Positions 52,501 to 64,000 of a stretch of 64,000 nt of DNA are shown here, piece by piece (position 1 is the first letter of the stretch; every line of letters starts with the position of its first letter). The stretch is from Glycera tridactyla (Eukaryota), in contig OZ286459.1 of assembly GCA_965644265.1 (NCBI GenBank), forward strand, positions 144,398,001 through 144,462,000, in the 5' to 3' direction. The position numbers were made by a program, and so were the translations under genes. The notes under the pieces were generated by a model, which ran no database searches, was not told where the DNA came from, and was given only the letters and a program-made list of their open reading frames with translations.

Positions 52501-53779
52501 CTGGCCTGAATCTGCTGGGTTTATCATCCAAAGAAAATGAAGGTGCAGTGCTTTCTACAAGGCTTTGCACACATACACTTGCATATGCAATAAATGATGC
52601 TGCTGTCCCGACTCGGGTATGATATATGCTGGCCCTTGGGCCACTAACAAATTCTGACGTGGGCCCTAGCACACGTGTTGCGGACCCTGGGCCTCGGGGC
52701 ATACAAAGTGAAGCAGTTAGCATCGCTCAACGCTACGTTACGCACGGCTGATATTACCACAAAACGACGGCCTAACGGTTTCTTGCGATATGAGTTAGAG
52801 ACATCACCAGCTGACACTCTTAGCAGTAGTTGCCATGGGATGGAAGCGTTGTTGGCAGATGCTGCCACATATTTTTCTGCTATTCTTGACCACCTGAGCG
52901 ATGGCTCCAGTGCTAATGCTTCCCCACACAGATACAGGTACGCCGAGCTCATTCGCCAGTAAGACAACCTGAACACCGAAAAAGCGAGGCTGAAGTTCAA
53001 TGTGAATGTAATGGTTTAGGGTCTGGTATCCTTGAAAGTTCAATCGACTTTACAACTAAATTCCTTGGAAGGCCTGCCCAAGCTTGAGTAATTCTCATCT
53101 CCCTTTGAAGTATACAACCACAGACAGAGAGTTGAGTGCATTGGCTAAGCATTCTACAATCACCATCACTACCAATAGCCGAGTACCTATTCACACCTGG
53201 GTGAAGTGGAGTGATGGATTACAGAGGGTCCACTCAGTTACCTTCACACAGAAGTGCCCCCATAGTGAGTAGCACAGATAATACAGCTCTGTATAATGAT
53301 GCAGATCCGGTATGGAATGGTGAACCTTGTCCAATTTCGTTCACCCATCTGATGAGGAGCCCTGCTCACTGTTGTAAACAGCGCTGCTCAGTTGAGAACC
53401 GGAGTGTCCGCACCTAATTATCCGTCCTGTTTGAAGTAAAACAGGTTCAAGGGATCACAGGAGGCTGTAGCGAATTATAATTCGCAGTGTGAACTCAACC
53501 TGAACTGAAGGCTGTTTCAGACAATAGGTCTTTCTTGTCCACGAAGTGAAAGAGAAAAATATCAATAAGGCAGCAATATGCACAATTTAGCTCAATTGCG
53601 GAAAACCAGAGCGAACGAGTGGTTTCGGCTACTGCTGATCCAGGTGTACAGCGGCCTACCATCCATGGTCAAGGATTCTGTGAGTTAAGTTTGACTTAAT
53701 GTTGCATAATGTTGCAGTAAAAAATATTTGTCATCCTACCTTGTATTTTGCTCCGATGAGGATAAAAGTGGAATTAATC

Positions 53780-54640
53780 ACATCCAATGGAGTTGTCTTG
53801 ATTCAGGAAGTGATCGCTGAGCACAGCCTTCACCATGGAAGATTGTAATGTCATACGATCCATTAGATTTAGTCGCCTGTCAAGCTCATTTGCTTGGTTC
53901 TGAATTCCCTCACCAAAATCATTTGAAGTGACATCCTCAAGGATCAGGAAATGCCCTGGAATCATCCTATTGGAATATTTAGTGTGTTTGATCGTGGTTC
54001 TGGTATTGTTTCCATCATCCCATTGACTATCACTGATTGTTTTGACATTTGATGATTGGATACATAACAGTACAGCAAAAGGGAGCCAGAAGACGTCCAA
54101 TGTACTGAGAAAAAACATGCATGCTTTGCTCATCCCGTAATTCCCACTCCAATTTAATTGTGAAAGATGGGCATGCATCGATTCGATCACGCATTTTTTT
54201 CTGTATTCTGAGCCAATTCAGACGTCGGAATTTAACACCTGTCCTTGGCATTATCCAAGGAGCGTCACTGAACTTCAACAACTTTTTAATAAAAGTCGAA
54301 TCTCTGTCTCCCCCACCCATATTGATTCCGAATGTCCAATTACTGACAATCGAAATTCGGTGAGTCTTTCACGGATATTTCCCTGGGGCCAGGAAATTTG
54401 ACACTTGCCGAGAAATTGGCGCAATAATGTCAAATAGGATGCTGTTGAGCAGACATCATCAGCATTTGCACAATCTGGTAATAATAATAGGACAGATGGT
54501 TGCTTGACTAATGTCTCCCGAGCATCAGCTGAATATATTGAGAGGACCATGCACTCTGCATTGATGACATTATTCAGAATTCCTCCTTCTGGGTCCACAA
54601 ACGTATGAGAAATAAAATGAAAATCACTCAAAATGTCATT
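53780..54640 (-). pseudogene. Possible degraded intronless rhodopsin-like GPCR
   Basis: Frameshifted fragments in TM order: KQPSVLLLLPDCANADD (TM2-like), SKACMFFLSTLDVFWLPFAVLL (TM6 xWLPF), YSNRMIP (TM7-like). Confidence 0.4.
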
Positions 54641-55786
54641 TCTGGACAGAAAACAAAACGACTTTTCAAGTACAGAGAATGGACAGAGAAGGGACGCCGG
54701 TGATCACTTATTTATGCCAAGAACACGTGCCTCACAGTTCAGAACTTGATAGGGAAAACACACTCTGAACAAAGACAATATTCATGAAGTACTTCTTGCG
54801 CCTTTTGTCCACTTCCGATATGATCTCGGACATCTGAATGATCCATCTTTAATCCCGTGTTCAGGCCCTTATTCTTCATTGAATCAGGCGGAGTATTTAT
54901 GTAGAGGATCAGTCACTTTCTAATTGGCTTGTAAAATTGACCATTTGGGCTCATTCATCTCAGTTTATCGACGGGATTTCTACTCGCTCCAGTTATCCCG
55001 GAATCATGGATGATGTAACGAATGTTAAGATAAGAAGAGTGAGCCGTTTCATTATAACCCCTGTTCAAGACACGGCAACCATCGCAACCCCGACGCAAGT
55101 GTCGCACGGACCCCATTGAAAAGAGTGCACGACATTAATGAATACAGTCAAACCTGTATTCAGCAACCACCCTTGGGACAGTGAAAAGTGGTTGCTTAAG
55201 ACACGTGGTTGCTTAATACAGGTGCCCTTTATAGCAGGTTCATCTGTATCATTTTACGCGGGATATGCATATCCTTATCACCGGATATTCCACTCAAAAT
55301 CTCCCACTCAACAGTTGCTGGCTTGGTTCCGGTTCAACGTTACGTTATCATCCCATGTGCTATGTTGTGACGCCTATACAATAAGCATGAGTGGGCCCAT
55401 TCAAGAGTCCTTCTCCCGGTGACAAATTATGAATGTCAGTGTCATTTCTGTCAATAACTCAAACAGGCATCACGGATGGATTCTGTATCTATGTTAATAT
55501 TGTTTCTATGACGCAGATTGGTTGGTTAGATATTCCACGTCCCACAGTCACGATTCAGGCTGTACTGGGACGTCTATGCAATGATTATGTGACATCAATG
55601 TCTGTACCTGGTAACCACCTGACGTCGACAGTAAGTGGATATATCAGCCCGGAAGTTAAATGCAGGATACCATTAATGTCATGACGTATATAATTCTATG
55701 GGTTTCCTGTGGCTAATGAGGGAGGTTCCATATTCAATTAAGAAATGAAAAATCGCGAGGAAAGAGTACACACATATGCACGCATA

Positions 55787-55789
55787 CAT

Positions 55790-55862
<73 letters not shown>
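55787..55862. repeat. (AC)n(AT)n microsatellite
   Basis: Directly visible. Confidence 0.95.
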
Positions 55863-55864
<2 letters not shown>

Positions 55865-58800
55865 AGGCATGTAGGTTAGGCTAGCACCTGGCTCTAATGA
55901 GGACACCGATGGGCGGGACTCTGGCGTCACGGGTTCTAACTGGCCTGGCAAGCAGGAAATGAGGATATGCACCGATTCACCGTATGTTCCCACCCCATAG
56001 ACACCCACATCTGCTACTGCTATTCTTCCGACGTTCACTGACTTATTAGTTGATTATCAGCACCAGATGATTATTGCCATGTTGTTGGTTGATGACATAG
56101 ATGACATGGATACATTTGATTATTGTGCTCTAAAATCACCTGCTGTTTTTTTAAATTAAAAAACAGAGTCAGATATCCACAACCTGATAGGCAAACTCTC
56201 TTGACTTGGTATTAGTCTGGGATATCCTGCTGTTGTAAGTTGGTTTGAAGATCGACTGATTCATCGTTGAACGTTTGAAAATGAATATGATCTTCAAATC
56301 TATCCATTTCACTACAAACTGGTATCTGGTATGATGCCACATGCATGCTGGTGAAGACGGTACGAGAGGCTCAGTGCCCTGGAATGACCTAGTGCCAACC
56401 AATATAGCCTTAAGCATTGTTCGAGGTCATCCTAAGGTCGATCATTTGAGTGGACTTGATGCTCACTCTCACTGCTTTCAAGTCAATTATCAAACTACGC
56501 CCATTCACACTATCTCCATTCTGAGGTCGAATGACTAGTGAGTGAACCCTTCATCACCAATGATGTGCCCGAGATTGTTATATCGAAGACAACCGCCATG
56601 GCTATCAGCTCCATGTGATGAGTCGGAATAGTGAAATACGAAAATCCGAGACACCCGATCAGAGTTGGAATAAGCAGGATAAGTAATATAAACTCGTATC
56701 AAATATGCTTTATCAGCTATTAGCTTATCGTTGGGGTGAGTATTATATATAGATAGTGATACTGAAAGGTACGTACTGAATGACGTGACATGCTTCTTGT
56801 GTCACTAAAACATTCATCATGCATATCGAAATGATATCTTTTTCGTGATGTATCTGAGATAACACATTTAGTGTTTGTGGTTTACACGCCATTCACATTC
56901 CGTTGAGGCACAGACTCTGGAGCCTTTAACGATCCCACCCTTACCCACTGCACGTGCGTAGAAATTCAGCCCAGATGGTGCTAATGAGGCGTTCAATCCA
57001 AGGGCAGAAGTGGAGCTAGTTCAAGACGAAGATCCTATTATAATTAGACAAGTCACTGGCGACTCCCCGTATGTCGGCCACGCTTGCACCCCAGCCTGAC
57101 CCGATCAAACATGTTTGAATGGATTAATGTCATGCTGTATGCTGCTATAGCCATGTAAACATCCTGATCTCAACAGTAGCATAGGAACATATAAGAATTC
57201 TTTATCTACACTTCAATATATGTACAATTATTTAATCAGCACACGATGGGCTAAGGATTGTAATTATTGAAATGAAACGATTTATAAACCACAGTGCAGG
57301 CACACACACAGCACAATGATACCAGACTTCATGAGTCCATTGGCTCAACTTTCCTATCCATTTGAATTACTGATGACTTGATTCATGGGCCACAGGGAAC
57401 CAATAATCTGTCAGGAAATCTGAAGCCCTGGTGTGTTTGCCCCTTTCTGCATGCATGTGTGGGCGCGTGTTTGTGTCTGCAGAGGGGAGGAAACAGGGTG
57501 TATGCATGTGTTTGTGGTGGCAGGTACTCTGTGAAAAAAGTTCAGATTTGTATGGATGCCCCTATGCACTCAATTCCATGGATCCGTATGCTGGTGTAGT
57601 GATAGGTTCCTCTGTCCCATATCATTCAGCGTCGTTGCACCCCCAGGCAAAACTGGAAGTGCAGTGGCAGCATGGGTGAGTTCTCGACCTCCCCTGCTTC
57701 ATTGCATGATCCAGGACATCCTCTGGCCAACAAACCGTCCCCTATACGGGAGAACACACTCACAACCGGTCCTTGGCTTAGGTGCAATGATCAGAGAGCA
57801 TTCCGAATTGCGTGTGCACAAATGAGCTCACATCACGCATATTCATCAATATCGCACGCTGTTTGACGATGCCAATTATAGGTATAATTATTTTCCCACT
57901 GTGCCTCTGCATGAGATGCTTGAATCCTTTCACATGCCGAAGAGAAAGGACATATCCCAAGTATCCTTAAAGAGATAAAACGTGATCAGTTATAGAACAA
58001 GGCTGCTTTTGGGATAATAGAAGCTTCGGAAAACGGGAAAAATGTTATAAAAATAATGATATCCACACCAACTTTTCAAAGAGTAGATTATTATCCCCGA
58101 TGGTGTGCTCTCTTCTATGAAGAAATAGATGACCATGGATGTCTTGGATTTCGATGCAATTCCGCACTGGTTTCCATACGGATGAATTTCCCACCAGCTC
58201 TTCCCATGAGATTGCAGTGTCGTCTCAATATAGTCCCTGTGGTGCTGCCAAGATGATGAGTAGCAGAGAAAAGACCCATCCTGTCGGCGGATCTCACCCA
58301 TGAGGAGTTGGCAATCTCTTGGCCCACGCAGTCTTTTCATATCAAAGCTCCGAAATACTTGTAGTCTGTAAATGGCCAGAATGCTTTAAACGTCAACCAA
58401 TCAATCACCCATCGGATGTGCTCTACTTCGTATTTGGCGCACTAGTTCAGAGATGTCAAATGTGCCAGGGTTTCCTTTACTGCCTTGACTTTGGAGTTAG
58501 AGGATCTATATTTGTCACCCGGCAAAGAGTGCATGTCAATGCCTTTTAACACATTCCCAAACAAGTGAATTCTGATGGCTGTCAGAGGGATTCTGATCCG
58601 AATTCGGACGGCAAAAAACGGACAGGTGTCTTCGAGGCTTTACTGTCACTGATACTCAAATGTCAATTTCGGATCATCTTCTTTGAACCCACATTAGAAA
58701 TGCAATATCGTAAGGAATAGCACAGAAATAGACAGATTGAGGCCATGCATGCATACATGAGAGGGAGGATTCGGTTTCTCCTGAAAGCTACTAATTATCC

Positions 58801-59271
58801 CAGAATAGAGATATTAGCTCAGAAGGGCTCTGTCTCATCCTCCTGACAAACTTCAAGGGCTCGCAAAATTCACTGAAAATATCTTAACAATGATATCTGA
58901 AACTAATAGGCACTCGGCTTTCATCAACCAGTGTACACGTTTGATATGCATGTAATGGAAAGCCTTTAATGACGTCATGCCTTAAAAAATACCGAACAAT
59001 CCCTTCACTTCATAAAAGGCGCCATAAAGGTTTCTTAGATATTTATAGCACTGGTGAACATGAACAGACACTTTCTCATCGTCACATTCAGACTATTTGT
59101 ATGAAGATCGACAAATCAACATACAACATATATCAAACCATTTCAATTCAGTTATTTTGGTTGAATGCACTTCAAAATACCATCACATAAATAAGGTACA
59201 TGAGCAAATATTTTTTCTCGGCTATACTGCTCAAATGAGTACAACCAATTTGATCCGCTCAACAACATATA

Positions 59272-59433
59272 CAGTCGGACCTTTCTATAAAGATCGCCTT
59301 CGGTCACATCAAAAAATGGTCTTTATAGGCAGGTGATCTTTTATAGAGAGGTCATCCACTGTTGAACATACTACCACGATCGCGGCTCGGGGTGGCTTTA
59401 ATAGAGAGGTGGTCTGTAGAGCAGGTTCGACCA
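59272..59433. mobile_element. Third full-length copy of the 160-bp MITE family
   Basis: TA-CAGTCGGACC ... CAGGTTCGACCA-TA; the interior matches the 22400 copy. Confidence 0.85.
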
Positions 59434-60399
59434 TAGAAGAGACCATTATTTCTCAAGACGCTGATCCGCATAAACTAGGCAAAACTATGAAACAGGTTAT
59501 AACAGTTAACTGAAACTCGTTCCAATTAAATGAATCTGATCAAATGACAGTGATAGGAAAATCCGGAGGAGAATCCGAAGAAAATACGTCGATGATATAA
59601 TGAATAAGTAGATGAGTGTATCCATCCTACCATCTCTGTCTCTCACTTGCTCTCCCTCTCGCTCTCTCTCTCTCCCGCTCTCTCTGTCTCTTTCTGTGTC
59701 TCTCCCTGACTGCCTGCCTGCCTGCCTGCCTGTCTGGCCGCCAAAATCCAAGACGGCCGCCAGATTGCCAAGTATAAAAATCTCAGGAAACAATAATGAT
59801 GCCATCAGCATGTGAGATACCTCTATTTGAAAGTAATTTTGATTGGGAATCCATTTATACCAATATTGAAAACATTTACATGAATGTAGTTAGTCAATAC
59901 AATAATAACATCAATTGGGATCCAATTTTTCAGATTATTTCCATCAGTGATAACAATACTATACATATCGCCTGTTTTGGTACATGAAACTTATATATAT
60001 ATATAAGATATTCCTGACATTTTGAGGCACATGGAAACCTTCACCCTATAATTGTTTTACGATAATAGGAGTAAGTGTTATTAGGTTCATGTATGTCTTG
60101 CCATATCACGTTAAACCAGAATCAACCAACCAACAACCAACAACTCCAATGAATGATGGACCTGGTAATACCTATTTGTTTGTAGAAAACTGGGAGCTCA
60201 TCTTGGGTTTTATGAAACATATAATTTTTCACAGGATGCCAAGCTCAGATCATCATTTGTCAAAATACTGCCAGTTCAATAACAAGTGTTTAGAATTCTT
60301 GGTTCAGACCTGGATTTGTTTGAGCCAGTACATCACATGAACTTGAAATCAACTTGTGGTGGTGTACATGCTCATCTATATGCATAGGAACTGAGACAA

Positions 60400-63380
60400 C
60401 ACTATTGACATAAAATGAATTTGCACCAGTTCATACTGAGCTTGCTACATTCCCCACAACAGAGGCACAAAGATGTACACTTCAAGTCCACTTTGGCACA
60501 GCTACAACCTCCGTTTTTCTTTCATACAGTCTTGCATCTACACTGGATGAGTTCCCTGCAAGCTCTGGTAGCCTGGGGCCACATGTCCACAGAGGTTCCC
60601 ACATGTCAATGGTATCTGCTTTAACCCATCCCCAATTACTTGGATCAGGCATTTCTTGTGATTTCAAGAGGGTCTGGCCCAGGTGTGACCAGCTTGAAAA
60701 GTTGCATGTTTGATATGCTGAATAAGACGGCCTTGTGTAGGAGGAACGTCCATCATAGTGAAGAGCTCCTTTCTGAAGGCATTAACCTCTGTTTGTGTGC
60801 TTGTTCTGTCATACAGAATGACAGCAAATCTCTCAACTGTTTAGATTTACTATAAAACCCTGATATTGTATCACAGCCTGTGAATGCATGCAAGAACAAA
60901 AGACCTGCTGCTTTCTCAGGACCAAGATTCTGAGTGATATGGTGGACCGCCCATCTTTTCCCCTCTTTCATGAATAACATAACATAACATAACATAAGTT
61001 TTATTTAGGAAGCTCACAGCAACAGAAAGTGGTCTGTATCATCTGCGCCGGAGCGCCGTTAGAGGTAAATTCGACATTATGGGTGACAATTACTCCCAAG
61101 TATATAATACAACAGTCTTCCGAAAGAAAAACCAACACACCCCATAGGTCTACACTAGTAGTTCTACAGGATTATAAACATTTCAAAAACCTTACGACGA
61201 GGAATTCCAGACATATAATGAATCTACACTTATGAAGAATGGGATACTGATTGATAAGAGGCGATCAGTCATATGTACTTTTAGCTGAGCAGCAGTCAGC
61301 ACCAATTACAGGTGAGTAGATGGTGGGTATACGGATACTTCTTTCCATAAACATATATACTATTCCACTATCCTTGTACATGATATGAACTGACGTGCTG
61401 TACTGCCAGAGACCTATGTCACACAGGCAGCCCACGCCCAGGTTGATCGTCATTATAGGTGGCCAGATAAGAATACATCATCTCATAGGGAGATTGGTTA
61501 AACAGGACATTACATACGAGCATCACCTTACATGGCACATGGAGGGGCATATAGTGCATAGTATCTAGGATAGTGGGGGAACACTATGTAATAATTGCAC
61601 TTTTATCAGAGAGAGGCTAATTGACTGTAATAGTGTTCTTGTAGGCATCTCTTGTAAGCCAAGGTAGAGGTTGCATTAGTAACAGACTCAGGACGGTTAT
61701 TCCAGGCAACAATTGCCCGGTATCTGAAAGATCGTTTTCCTAATTCCGTCCTCCGTCTTGGGACTGTCATCCCACCCCTAAGAAGATGTCTTGTAGGCAA
61801 GGTCTCTCTACCATAGTCAGGCATGTTTTGCCGGAATAGATCAAAAATATCAGCAGATGTTTCCTGATTTCGAATTTTGAATGTCTCCACCAGGATTTGC
61901 TTTTCTCGGATACTTCTTAGGTCAAGCAGGTTACATTGTCTCATCAGAGATGCCCTAGGTGTATGTACGCCAGCCATTGCTACTGTTCGCAGGAGCTCAT
62001 TGAAGGCATGATCTAATTTGTCAAGTAGCGCCCTATTACCACCGCCGTATATCACATTGCCGTAGTTAACGGCAGACAAAATAACAGATAGAGCAATCTG
62101 TCTGGCTGAACAAAGATCCATTAGACGTCTATCATGTCTCAATATAGCAGTGCGGGAACGGAGGTCTCTAATTATGTTACTTATGTGGTTACAAAAGGTC
62201 AAGCTTGGATCCAGTTGGATGCCCAAGTATTTTGTTGAGTCAACTTGTCTCAGCCCCAGGTGAGTCCCCAGGTTATTTACTGTGTCCCCTAGTAGTTGAA
62301 GCTTCTGCTTCCAGCCAAATACCATGAGGCAGGACTTGCCTAAATTCGCCGAATGAATGACTGCTGTATCCCAGCAGTTTGCTCATGATGGTGTGCATAC
62401 TCCTCGCATGTTCTGATACAAGCCACATTTTTTTTAATCCAATCGCACCACCTTTCATTGGAGCATTGTGTTGTTCATGGGCTTGATCTAGTGCCATGGC
62501 TGAAAATTTCCTTGTGGTCTTGTGGAATACAAACTGACCATTCATAAACTCAATGTACAAGTTTGGATGCCAGTCTTTCAGGGTCACCATGTCTCTGATA
62601 TGCACTGGAAGCCAGCAAGCATAATTGGTATGGTTAAGTGCAAACATCAAAGGGAATGATTTAGGAAGTGATTCAATACAAAGCTGGAAGTCTCATTCTC
62701 TAATGGATCGGACATAGATTAGAAGTAATAGCTCAAACTCCAAAGTGAGGTACCAAAACTTGAATATTGGACTTTGCTGAGATTGATATACAATCCAATC
62801 TTCTTGAGTAAGTGTTTGTTCCTGTTCTGGTATGGTGCAGGCATAGTCCCTGTAAGCATTAGTCAGAAGAATGTTTAGACAAGTGGCAGCAACCTCACAT
62901 ACATGCCTTGTTCTTGTGACATGTGCAGCTTTGGGAAATGCTTCTGCTTTTCCTGGTGATGCAATATTGGCCTTACCAGTGCATTGGTCCACAAAACTTG
63001 CAGCATCATGTAGCTTATTTCTTCCTTTCCCTTCACTGTCACAGAAGAAACATCCATTCAGTTCTTCATATGTGTCTTTATCTTGGGCCATGTCACTCTG
63101 TTGAGTATATTTTTTCTAAGTTGGAGACTGGCTTGGGGTTTTTGAGACTTCTACACCTTCACCATCATTAAACCTCTGCAGTTTGAAAGGCAACAAATTC
63201 AAGTCTGAAAATCTTTGAAGGTACTTTGCTATTGTCGCATATCCAGCACCCACATTGGTACGCTTACTATATGCTGGACATTTCATTGTGCCACCATCTT
63301 TCTGGCAGAAGATGCAGAGTGTCCAATCTGTAGGACTAGTCTCACACAGATGACTCTCCCTGGTTACTGCCAACTAACTC
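60400..63380 (-). mobile_element. Degraded Academ-like DNA transposon, internally deleted and interrupted by a LINE
   Basis: Fragments in order: DWTLCIFCQ...GAGYATIA; FKFWYLTLEFELLLLIYVRSIRE; NHTNYACWLPVHIRDM...DQAHEQHNA; XPG/H3TH-like HAFTGCDTISGF; Cys-rich end CRELIQCRCK*...CSCAKVDLKCTSLCLC. The superfamily call is inferred from the XPG-like + Cys-rich architecture. Confidence 0.65.
60973..62290 (-). mobile_element. 5'-truncated L2/CR1-type LINE inserted in the Academ-like remnant
   Basis: ORF2 C-terminus KYLGIQLDPSLTFCNHI...KRSFRYRAIVAWNNRP, about 600-bp 3'UTR, AATAAA and a (TTATG)n tail at 60973-60998. Confidence 0.88.
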
Positions 63381-64000
63381 TGTTACTCCATGGAAACCAC
63401 CATAAAAGCTTCTAAGCATGCAACTAAGTTTCTACACCTTTAAACCCGTCTTGACTTGAGAATATAGAAAGGAATGACACATCATCATTCTTTCAGCATT
63501 GGAATTCAAAATTAAATAACAAATCTAGTCCAACAACCATGGTCTGAAAAATGAAAGCTCCAGATTCAGTGAAATAACCTTTTTATGATTATCCAATCTT
63601 TCAAATTGAAATCCTGAACAGAGGTATATGATGAACAAATTCCTCAACTGATGTTCGAATTTCCAAACATACAGCAATAAACATACCTGATATTATTGAA
63701 TGATTCTGAGTGCAATGTGAAGGGCTGCAAATGTACTGAATGAAAGATGTTTTATTGTATGAAGTGATAGACATTCAAGCAGATTTCGTGTAACTGCTCA
63801 TGAATGTGGTACAAAATATTGTTACAATGCATTTGTATTACCAAATTCACCCCACTCAAAATAGGTTGATCGATCCTGAATCACTCAAACTTTTAGAAAT
63901 GGTCTAGATGACATTCCCCATTGAAAATACATATGAATTGAGGTACTGCATGAGGGATTATGGTAATTAGTTCATTCTATATAGTCTTCTTGAGATTCTT

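Noticed and set aside
57990-58740. Fragmented minus-strand ORF-like sequence
   Set aside because: Multiple stops and no family could be recognised by eye; it needs a translated search.

Overview
Animal genomic DNA with spliceosomal introns, many microsatellites and four short N gaps. The innexin type suggests an invertebrate bilaterian, probably a lophotrochozoan (inference). Two host genes lie tail-to-tail. (1) A + strand innexin (gap-junction) locus has three paralogous 5' coding exons (4151, 12898, 19761), each encoding N-terminus-TM1-EL1-TM2-cytoplasmic loop. All three end at a canonical phase-2 GT donor at the same homologous position. Only one set of 3' exons is visible (26718-26951, 28695-29136; TM3-EL2-TM4-tail), and it joins in frame to all three. 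This variable-exon/constant-exon architecture is the top candidate for an undescribed system. (2) A - strand R-spondin-like gene has four phase-1 exons (Fu1 50365-50574, Fu2 42493-42642, TSP1 38049-38234, basic tail 36153-36397); its signal-peptide exon was not found. Mobile DNA includes a Penelope-like retroelement (RT + GIY-YIG) whose 3' region holds a hammerhead ribozyme split by a 206-nt loop. There is also a frameshifted Merlin/IS1595-type transposase, preceded by a long hairpin and two tRNA-like modules. The remaining repeats are an Academ-like remnant interrupted by an L2/CR1-type LINE, Tc1/mariner-type MITEs, a SINE-like family and several minisatellite arrays.
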